Assembly (NCBI GenBank): GCA_030390025.1
Contig: CM059432.1
Span: 76,262,001 to 76,326,000 of the forward strand
Origin: Squalus acanthias
Lineage: Eukaryota
Direction: 5' to 3'
DNA length: 64,000 nucleotides
Shown here: positions 49,249-59,454 of the stretch, one piece after another
Layout: each line of letters opens with the position of its first letter
Numbering within the stretch: the first letter of the stretch is position 1
The notes under the pieces: model-generated
The model's input: only the letters and a program-made list of their open reading frames with translations
Told to the model about the DNA's origin: nothing
The model's database searches: none
Made by a program: the position numbers and the translations under genes

Positions 49249-50002
49249 GGGGTGGAAATTGCGGTTGGAGGCTTGCTGCAGGCGAACGCCTCCGAACTGC
49301 AAGAAAACTCCGCACCTATCTGATTGCTCCAGACCTTCGAAGATTCCCGCTCCTGGGCCTGCAGGCATATGCCAGCGTCAAGGCCCACGCATCCCAGGTG
49401 TGCATGCGGTTTGCAAGCGGCCCTGGGATCATGTGGGCCGGCCCAACCAAAGACAAAGGGGGATTCTCATTATGCTTATAAGGATTCCATTTACATACGG
49501 ATCCCCATAAGCATATTAGGAATCCCCTGAAAAATAGATTTTCACAACACTGAAATAAAAATAAATCATCACAGGTTCAAAATTAATTAAAATACCATTT
49601 AATTAAACATTTAAAATAAAAATGTAACTTTTTGAAAAATAAATTTAAACATTTTTAAATGGGACAAAAATAACCTAAACTAAGTTTAAATGTAAGGGAA
49701 TATTTAAGTGATTTTAAAAATGCTATTTTAACATTGATTTATCCATTACACTGGTAAAAGAAGGCTTTATGCCTGCTTTTACCAGGTGTAAGGGTTTGGT
49801 GGGTATTCGCTGGGCAGTAGTGGGGCAAATAGACCAACTCTCCGCCAGCGAATGGCCATTACCAGCAGATGCAAATGATCTGTCAAGCAGAAACTTTGCA
49901 GATCACAAGTTCCGGTTTTTCGCGCATGTGCATCACATGCAGAAACCCAGAACTTGCGGGGCACACAGCGTACGCCATCATAGGCCCCGTAAAATCCGGG
50001 CC
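49249..50002. mobile_element. Harbinger-type MITE inserted in CR1 ORF2
   Basis: Interrupts CR1 WQMEY|..GK. Imperfect TIRs GGGGTGGAAATTGCGG / CCGTAAAATCCGGGCC. Same internal layout as 44888-45633. TSD is ambiguous. Confidence 0.8.
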
Positions 50003-51092
50003 AATATGTTGGGAAATGGGAGGTTATTCACTTTGACTGGAAGAATAGAAAAACAGAATATTTTTTAAATGGTGAGAAACTATTACATGATGATGTTCAG
50101 AGAGATTTAGGTGTCCTCATACAGGAAACACAGAAAGCTAGCATGCAGGTACAGCAAGCAATTAGGAAGGCAAATGGCATGTTGGCCTTTATTGCAAGGG
50201 AGTTGGAGTACAAAAGTAAGGAAGTCTTGCTATAATTGTACAGGGCTTTGGTGAGACCACACCTGGAGTACTGTGCACAGTTTTGATCTCCTTATCTGAG
50301 GAAGGATATACTTGCCTTAGAGGCGGTGCAACGAAGGTTCACTAGATTGATTCCTGGGATGAGAGGGCTGTCCTTATGAGGAGTAAAATGGACCTATACT
50401 CTCTGGAATTTAGAAGAATGAGAGGTGATCTCATTGAAACATACAAGATTCTGAGGGGGATTGACAGGGTAGATGCTGAGAGGTTGTTTCCCCTGGCTGA
50501 AGAGTCTAGAACTAGGGGGCATAATCTCAGGATAAGGGGTTGCTCATTTAACACTGAGATGAGGAGGAATTTCTTCACTCAGAGGGTTGTGAATCTTTGG
50601 AATTCTCTGCCCCAAAGTATATTCAAGGCTGAGATAGGTAGATTTTTGGACTCTAGAGGAATCAAGGGATATGGGAATGGGGTGCTAAAGTGGAGTTGAG
50701 GTCGAAGATCAATCATGATCTTATTGAATGGGGGAGCAGGCTCAAGGGGCCGTGGCCTGATCCTGCTCCTTATTCTTAAGTTATGTTCTTATGTTCTTAA
50801 TTAGATCACGCCTTAATATTCTACACTCAAGGGAATACAAGCCTAGTGTATGTAACCTGTCTCATAATTTAACCCTTTTCGCCCTGGTATCATTCTAGTG
50901 AATCTGAGCTTCACCCCTTCCAAGGCCAATACATCCTTCCTGAGGAGCGATGTCCAGAAATGAATGCAGTACTCCAGATGGGGTCTAACCAGAGCGTTAC
51001 ACAAGTGAAAAATAACTTCCACCCCTTTGTATTCCAGCCCTCTTAAGATAAAGGTTAATATTCCATTAGCCTTTTTAAATTATTGACATCAT

Positions 51093-51445
51093 TCAATAAC
51101 AACTTTCATTTATATAGTCCCATTAATATAGAAAAATATACCAAGACGCTTCACAGAGGCATAATCAGACAAAAATTGACACAAAGTATATTAGGAGGGG
51201 TAACTAAAAGCTTGGTCTAGAGAGAGAGGCAGAGAGGTTTAGGGTGGGAATTCCAGAGCTTATGTCCTAAACAGCTGAAGGAACAGCCGCCAGTGGTGGA
51301 GCGAATGGTGTGGCGGATGCACAAGAGGCCAGACTTGACGCACACAGAGTTCTCGGAGTGTTGTAGGACTGCAGGAGGTTACAGAGATAGGGAGAGGCGA
51401 GGCCATGGTAGGAGTTAAACATGAGGATGAGAATTTTCAATTGGA
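51093..51445 (-). mobile_element. L2 LINE 3' fragment
   Basis: Reverse frame LKILILMFNSYHGLASPYLCNLLQ plus the L2 tail. Confidence 0.8.
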
Positions 51446-53559
51446 GGTGGGTTAATTCCTGCTCCCATCGACACACTTCCATACTGTAAACTGCTGGAAA
51501 TGAGACAAAAATGTCGTTCATGTTTGCCATTATTTGTGCCATAGCCTGTTGGCCCCTGTCATCCAGTACTTCAAGGTCAGCTGTAGTAAAACTCTGTTCC
51601 CACACTGGGCAGACTCCCTGAAGGAGACCAGGGAGCCGAAGGAAAATATAGCAATGACCCTGAGGTCAGAAGGTTGACTGGGGTATGGGGCACATCTTTG
51701 TGGCAGGTGTGCCGCAATTCCATGGAAAGGGAAATGTGGGCTGATGCGTTTATGTCATTGTATTATGTGCTTGTCAAAAATGTAAAAGCGGTTTCCCAAA
51801 CACTGAACCCAGAGCCTTTCAAAAACATGAAGCACTACTTATTAGGTGGCTTTATAAGCATACCTCATGGGTGAAATGTTACTGAGAAGAGGTTTTCAGG
51901 TTTGATAAATGCAGAACTCTTCCTAGAAGATGACCTGAAAGTTAAGTGTATTTTATTTTTATTTTGTTTCCTTGTGGGCCAGGAGTAACAGGCGTGCTCT
52001 TCCAGGCCCCACAAGCAAATCTAGGGCCTCCACTTCTTGGTGCTTCCCTCCCCCTATCCTGACCGTGAGGCCGTCCTGAGCCCCCACCCCTCCCCCCCCC
52101 CCCCCCACCACCCCACCACTACCTATCTGAGTGCTGGGGACCAGTCCTTTAGGTCCCCGGCAACAGCCTCATGCTGCCGGTATCCTACTCCTGCCTGCCG
52201 GTGAGTAGGGGAGAAATAAGATGAGATCTGGTCGTTAAAATCTCCTGGGCCTCACTTTATGGATGGATGGTTTGACGTCTGCCTCAGCCCTCGTTCGCAT
52301 AACTCCGACCGGGAGTTAAAACCGAGGCTAGAGTTATTTAGTGCACACTAACTTGCTATTTTCTTTTCTTGTAGATTGCTTATTATTATAAAATATGGCA
52401 ATTTAGCAAATACAAAGTGCCTAAATAACAATGCTTTGAAGAAATTAATTTATATTAATGGAACCTATCATCTAAGTTAATGTTCATAACCATAATAATT
52501 TATGCCTATTTCAGTAAGATTTAACGATGTTTATTTTTATGTATTTAAGACCAAAGCATTGTCTAAATGGATTAATTGTTTCGATCTAACAAACACTATG
52601 AGTGACCTACACTTCCTGATTAATATACTTTGTGCTGATGTGATTTATCATGCCACAAATAAACACTCCACAAGACTGAAAAGCACTATCTACTGCAGCG
52701 GGCAAAGAGTGACCCTATAAATATGCCAGTGGGTCAACACAGCTGATTTCATTCTCCCCTCACAAGACATCTGATGAGGTCTGACAGGGTACTGCCACTT
52801 CATTAATGCCTCACAATGGAAGAGACGGCCTGAAGGGCAGACAATCCTTCTGCAGTAAGCTCGAGGCCTGGCTGCAGCTGTCAGCATAATACTAGGAGAG
52901 CAAGAAGGGCAGATAATAATGGAAGGATGGACAATATCATAAGCTGTTTACTCACTTAGCCATTGCTAGCTGCATAATCTTCTTAACATAGCTCTCATAA
53001 ACACGCTAAAATGCAATTCCATGGTGTTCTAAGTTTAATACTGTCAGTACTCGTACGATACTTTCAGCATGGTATAGGAAAACATGTACTTTTACATTAA
53101 GTGAAATATAAAATAAATGTTTCAATGTTTCTCAAAAATATAGAGGCTTTGAAGAAATCATACATATCCTGATATGAAATTAGATAACTCTCATAGGCTG
53201 CAATGTAAAAAAAATTGCCAGTTCATACTCCAAAATGGTTACACAGAGGCCTTTCATTCCAGCAGACCATTCAGATTTACAGTCTGGGAATGGCTGAAGA
53301 AATCTTACTTTGTGTTTCATTTCTATAGATTTCATTTTTTAAGCTAGTTGATCTCCTATGGTATTGGACAAAACAAATGGTGTCTCACTTTACTGTAACT
53401 GTATCTCTGATGTCTCCTGCTGTCTTTGCTTATCTTCCATTCTTTCCATTTCTCACTCTCTTTGAATGTCTCCCATGCACTTTTTTATATGTCTCTCGAC
53501 CTCTTGTCATTTCTAGAATTGGCAATCTAACCCTGTGGTATCTGCTGAAATGATATTGT

Positions 53560-56500
53560 GGCCGAGAAATTGGTCTTGGTAGCGCTACGAGTGCCCTTAG
53601 AGCTGCAAAATAGCGTCTGCAGTGCACGCGCACCCCTGTGACATGAAGCGCGCCGGACGCCATCTTGGTACAGGCATTACTGCACGCGCAGTGAACGTCC
53701 AGCAGAAGTATGCAGAGCAGGCAGTGCTGCCATTTTGAGCTCAACGCTCCAGCCAACAGACTCTTAAGCTCACACAGCTGAACATGCGTTAAGCAGCAGG
53801 AAGGACCCCTACCAGCAGTATTTAAAGGGATCAGCAACTACTTACAGGTTAGTTGTAGATCGATTTCTTCTTGCTGTTGCTACAATTCTACACGTTTTTG
53901 GTGCTTTCCATAGTTGTTTCAAGTTTCAAAAGTCTACAGGGAGTGGTGTGGCAGGTGCTGAAGTACATTTTGTTGACTTCAAGGCTTCTGCACAAATCAG
54001 TTACTCCCAGACATGGGTGTACTAGTAGGCCTTCCTCTTTGAATACGGCATGACTTGGAAAATGAGCAGAGGCCATGCAGAGCAGGACAAGCTGCTAGAA
54101 GAGGGAGGAAGAAGAGGGGGAGAAGGGCTCTCAGCAGGAGGCCATATCTGCCCAGGGCGTTCAGGGAGCAATTCTCCCACCTGAACCTCAGCGAGGAACA
54201 GTGTCTGCGCTTCACTAAGGACGTCCTCACTGAAATCTGGCAATTGCTGCAGCCACAACTGGAACCTCAGAGCAGGGCAAGGACCACATTGCCAGTGGCT
54301 GTGAAGGTGACCGTGACGATGAGCTTTTATGTGTCTGACTCCTTCCAGTCTGGAGCTGGAGATAAAAGCAACATCTTACAGTTTGCTGTCCACTGTTGCA
54401 TAAGGGAGGTCACTGAGGTTCTCTATTCAAAGAGAGCTAATTTAATTCTCTTTTGACAGAGACAAGCAGGTGGAGCGAGCGCGAGGGTTTGCTAGGATTG
54501 CTGGCTTCCCCATGGTGCAGGGTGCCATTGACTGCATGCACATTGCTTTGCGAGTGCCGCATGTCAACTCTGCCATGTATCGGACAACATGGCTCATGAC
54601 TCTGGTTCGCAATCCACGCACGCGTGCACAACATGCATACAATGAGAGCCATGCTGCCACAAAAAATGTGATCAAGCAGACCATTGGCGTGCTGAAACAA
54701 CACTCCTGCTGACTGGACCGCTCTGGAGCAGCTCTGCAGTACTCGGCTGAGCTGGTCTCAAGATCCGTGGTGGTCTGCTGCATGCTCTACAACCTTGCCA
54801 TCATGAGGGGACAGTCCTAGCCACCAGCTATCAGGTGAGAAGCTATGGAGCAGGAGGAGCAGGAAGAGAAGGAAGAGGAAGAGGCGGAAGAGGAGGAAGA
54901 GGAAGAGGCGGAAGAGGAGGAAGAGGAAGGGAGTTGCAATCTAGACAGCCCCTTTCTGCTTCGGGTGTACGTGAAGAACTAATTCGAGTGCAATACCAGT
55001 AATCACAACCCTAATTCCCCATTCACCAACAATGCCACACTCCTTACCTTCCCTCTGTCACTGACCATCATATCATCCTCTTGGCCAAAATGCAAAAATA
55101 AAAGCCACCACAAAATAAACATTCCAAACCAAATTTTAAAATGAAATTATGCCATATTGCATACAAACGTAAATTAATCACCCTTGTGCATTCTCTTAGT
55201 GCCTGTCTTCCGTGTGCCTTTGCCTGTCCAGTGGCTGCAGCATGGCTGGTAGAAGGCTGTTGACTTTCAGTGAGGGAGACTGCTGATGGTCTTAGAGGAT
55301 GACCTCGAGCATCTCTGGGCCTAGAAGGCCTGGTTTCAGACTGCAACATCTCGGCATGGGCAGCGGCAGTCTGGGCTGGCTGGATGACAGGCAACAGCAA
55401 GGGCACTGGTGGAGTGGCAGTGGTGGGAGGACAGATGCTGTCATCTTGAGAGTGGGCAGCAGGTTCGTGCTCCACGATACCACTGCCACTCCCCCAGGGC
55501 AGCACCTCAGCAATCCTAGTAATCTGTTGAACAGATTGCTGGACTGCTGTGACACCCTGCAAACACTTTGCTCACTGGTATCCGCAGCCATGATGGCAGC
55601 AAACTGACCTTGCATGACTTCAACAACAACAAAACAACTTGTATTTATATAGTGCCTTTAACATAGTAAAACGTCCCAAGGTGCTTCACATGAGTGTTAT
55701 AAGACAAAAATTGCTTCCACTGCAGCACTCAGACTTCTGGTGGAAGCTGTTTGTTCTACAATGGAAGCTGAGACATCGGTCATCAGACACTGAATCATAG
55801 GTGGACCCACAAGTGTGCTAGTGGAGTTGGCCATCACTCCCATGCTGGAAAGGATCGGGTCTAAGCTCTGCGCAAAGCCCTGTGCCAATCTGGTGCCGGA
55901 CTCCTCCATGTTCCTTGACATTGAACGCAAGCTTTCTGGTAGGCTTCCCAATGCACCAAGCATTTCATTGTGTATACCTATCTGCCTTCTTCTGTAACCA
56001 GGCCCATCAAAGTCCTCACCTGAGTCCTCCACAGCAGAACATGTGTGTGACCTCTCCCACTGGCGAGCTGGCACTTGCACTATCCTTGTCCTCTGCCCTG
56101 GCTGCAGCCCACTCGTGCCGAGTCTCACCACATACAGCTCCCGCTTCTAATCTATCCTCTAAGGTACACGCAGTGTCAGTATCTGAGCTGGTGGCTGCGA
56201 GTGTGAAATCAAGTGACGGTGTGTCTTCATCATCACTCTCTTCTTGCTGTTCCTCCACTGCCTGGCCAGGTTGCACTTCTTGGGCATCTGAAAGGAAAAC
56301 AGCACAAGGGTAAGGTTGTGGTGAGGGGAGGGGACTGAAAGTAAGAGGTGCATGCTTACACCACCTCAGCTTGTAAGTCAGGAGAGAGTGTAGGATGAGG
56401 AGAAAGTGGGATGTGAGAAGGAGGATTAGGTATGAGGATACCGTCATTTTCAATAGTTTCAGCCCCATTGCTGGCCACGGTCTCAGCAATGGGCCTTCCG

Positions 56501-57376
56501 ATAATGGCTAGCACCGTCTCCTCCATGGGGGTAAGAGAATGCAGGCACATCTGTCCCCCTCCAGTTAGCTCCTGCTGCTTACAGTTGTGCGCCACCTTGT
56601 CCTGCAAGAGAGAGGGAAGTCTGTCAGTGAGTGTGGTGCAATATTTTTGGGTGATGTGGCTGTCATGGTTGAATAGCCGGCAGTGTATGCAAGCTGCAAG
56701 ATATGTGGGTGTGAGGCTTGCAGCAGTGCTAAGTGTGTGAGGGTGCGGTGAAGAATATGAATGCTTGGTATGAGTCCTGATTGATAGAGATTGCTGGTAG
56801 GTGAATGATGGGGGTGTGGTGAGGCTACTGGTGCAGTTGGTGGAATATGATATTTGAAGATGCATTCACTGACCTTGACTACTCGTGTGAGGTCATTAAA
56901 CTTCTTGCGGCACTGCATCCAGGTTCTCAGGGCTAGACTCCTGGCATTGACCTCCGCGGCTATCTGCTCCCACGGCCTTTTCAACATGTGTCAGGACGTC
57001 TCTCAATCCTTTCCACCTCCTCCACCAAGGCCTCCAGTGCAGTGCCGGAAACCCTGGGTGCCCTCTCTCTCGCATGTTCAACCATTCTTCTGCCTTTCCC
57101 AGGTCAGATTCAGTGCACACAGGACTCTCAGCACCTGCTCCACACTACCCTTTAAGAGGTGCAGGCAAGCTTTAAGTAGTGCAAGCAAGTTTTCGGCCTC
57201 CTGCTGAGTTGTGCAGCCCATCAACAGTGTGTTTAGCGCTGGCTGCATGCTGAAATCATGTAAATGAGCAGGCAGCACAAAGATGGTGTGCTGCCTGCAT
57301 TACATCCAACGGGCGTAGGTTAATCCCGCATCGCGATCCCAGCGCTCGTTTTCGGGAGCTATCCAATTTAGCCCCC
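53560..57376 (+). mobile_element. Decayed full-length Harbinger (family B, copy B3): transposase pseudogene on +, 3-exon Myb/SANT pseudogene on -
   Basis: Termini GGCCGAGAAATT / AATTTAGCCCCC with TGT TSD (53557-53559, 57377-57379). Transposase pieces at 54055-54456 and 54470-54712, with the catalytic middle deleted. Myb WEQIAAEVNA..RTWMQCRKKFNDL at 56870-56987. Confidence 0.9.
55621..55712 (-). mobile_element. L2 3'-tail fragment inserted in the B3 Myb gene
   Basis: CAACAACAAC...AACTTGTATTTATATAGTGCCTTTAA...CCCAAGGTGCTTCACA matches the L2 end. Confidence 0.85.
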
Positions 57377-58167
57377 TGTCACTCGCTGCAGAGAGAGCCT
57401 GAGTATCAGTCTCATCCTCAAATTGCTTTGGTAGAGTTGAACCACAACAAAAGTACTTGAGGTCTGGCAGGGTGTGGAAAAAAGGCAATTTGTTGGGCCT
57501 GGACTTGGGCAGGAGGCAGAGAACTTTGCCATGGAGTTGAACACCTCAGAAGGTCTGGACACGGGTGGGTTGCGGAGCACTGAGATCATCCATATCTGAT
57601 TGGTTTCTGGTAAACACGTAACTGATACATTACATCTGTACCATGGACCAATGAAATGTTGGATAATGATTGCAAAGCACCATTCTGATTATTTCTTAGC
57701 AAGAGGATTTGCAAAGTATCCCCTCTGAGTTCTAAAGTGGCATGTCTGCACCAAACAGGTTACATTTGAAATTAATTAAAAATGTTCCTTGACTCAATAT
57801 TTCCTTGATTTCATTTCTCAAAATTAATCCATAAAATAGTTTCTGAAGATGCTTTCTGAAATAAAAGTGGAGATTTTGAAAGGTAAAAATTATGTTCAGT
57901 GTTCAATGAGTTAATGTTTTAAGCAATTGTGATGATAAATTTTAACAGTAATTTCTAAAATAAATTCATGTGTTGTAAACATTCACCTGCATCAATGAAA
58001 AGGATTAACACTTGTTTTGGGAGTGGGCCGGAATAGTGTAGTAAATAGGCCTAATTCCTGTACATATGCAATTTATAAATACAAATCAGAACTCTGGCAA
58101 ACCCATATTTAACTCTCTGAGCTTTTTAATTTAAAAAATACTTTTGCGAAATACTTATCTTTTTTTG

Positions 58168-58235
58168 GCAGCTAAATTGGGTGCGGGGATCGCGATGCGC
58201 GATTAACAATTGCCCATTGATTGCAATGCAGGCAG
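58168..58235. mobile_element. Isolated terminal fragment of a family-B Harbinger
   Basis: GGCAGCTAAATTGG...GGGATCGCGATGCGCGATTAAC...TGCAGGCAG matches the reverse complements of 57290-57376 and 2545-2629. Confidence 0.7.
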
Positions 58236-58240
58236 ACAAA

Positions 58241-59048
58241 GTGGAAACGGTAGCATAGTGGTTGTGTTACTGGACTAGTAATCCAGCAAGCCTGGACTAA
58301 TGATCCAGAGACATGAATTCAAATCTCACCATGGCAGTTGTGGAATTTAAATTCAGTTAATTAAATAATTCTGGAATTAAAAAAAAGCTAGTTAATGGTG
58401 ACCATGAAACCCACCTGGTTCACATATGTCCTTTAGGGAAGGAAATCTGCTGCCCTTACCTGGTCTGGCCTATATGTGACTCCAGACTAACAGCAATGTG
58501 GTTGACTCTAAACTGCCCTCTGAAATGGCCTAGCAAGCCATTGTATTCAAAGCATTGGAAAAAAACAATAAAAATAAAACCAGACAGACCACCCGGCATT
58601 GACCTAAGCATGGGATTTGGCATGGCGAAGACACATCCAGCCCAGTCAACCCTGCAAAGTCCTCCTCACTAACATCTGGGGACTTATGCCAAAATTGGGA
58701 GAGCTGTCCCACAGACTAGTCAAGCAATAATCTAACATACTCATACTCACAGAATTATACCTTTCAGCCAACGTCTCAGACTCCTCCATCACTATCCCTG
58801 GGTATGTCCTGTCCCACCAGCAGGACAGAGCCACAGAGCCACCAGAGGTGGCGGCACCGTGGAATACAGTTAGGAAGAAGTGACCCTGGGAGTCCTCAAG
58901 ATTGACTCCAGACCCCATTAAGTCTCATGGCATCAGGTCAAACATGGGCAAGGAAACATCCTGTTGATTACCACCTATCATCCTCCCTCAGCTGATGAAT
59001 CAGTACTCCTCCATGTTGAACACCATTTGGAAGAAGCACTGAGGGTAG
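58241..59048 (+). mobile_element. 5' end of a non-LTR retrotransposon with a tRNA-derived head and a decayed APE endonuclease start
   Basis: Box A TAGCATAGTGG (58251-58261), degenerate box B (about 58315-58327) and anticodon-arm hairpins. From about 58668 it reads TNIWGL..KLGEL...ILTE.YL...IPGY.L....DR...RGGG. Confidence 0.75.
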
Positions 59049-59454
59049 AATGCGTCGGAGTGAAAGTCTGTATTACCCGAATACCTCGCTATTCTTTGTG
59101 CGCAGTCTGTGAGACCAGCACACGATAAGTTGAAACAGTTTTCTACTGAGCATGGGCTGTAAATTAGGTAAGGAGATTTTCAAGCAAAGTATCTCCACAG
59201 ATCAGAGGGCTGACCTGTGTGCGTATCAGATCACTTGTGTTTAGGGGAATGGAGTTTTATTATGGCAATAAAACAATTAGAACAGTTGAGTGCCTGATTG
59301 TTTAGTTTATGTTGTTATTCTGTTGTCAATTGTATGTACTATGATTTATTTGTAGTATGCATAGAATGTAGTGATCAAAGGTGAAAATTAGTATAAAAAA
59401 TGTAAGGGAACACTGTTTAGCAGCAGCTTACACTGGAATCATAAATTGTGGTCT

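Larger units (their letters stand above)
47138..50798 (+). mobile_element. Decayed 5'-truncated CR1 LINE containing a Zenon-like LINE fragment and a MITE
   Basis: ORF2 fragments [50 protein letters not shown] and FFTQRVVNLWNSLP. (TTCTTATG)-type tail near 50765-50798. Confidence 0.9.
46770..51082 (-). mobile_element. CR1 3' fragment split in two (46770-47137 and 50799-51082) by a second CR1
   Basis: The reverse frame ...EVFKMIKGFD stops at 47137 (ATCTTAAACACCTC) and continues at 50799 (AATTAGATCAC..., ...DLI). Confidence 0.8.

Noticed and set aside
52770..52800. Hammerhead ribozyme core (CTGATGAG), also at 39641 and 29293
   Set aside because: No correctly placed GAAA or closing stems were found by eye.
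54851..54930. GAG/GAA-rich repeat as a separate satellite
   Set aside because: It is the poly-Glu tail common to all the Harbinger transposases here, with a local slippage duplication.
58241..58330. Functional tRNA gene
   Set aside because: Extra anticodon-like arm, degenerate box B/T-arm, no clean acceptor stem, and it runs into retroelement sequence.
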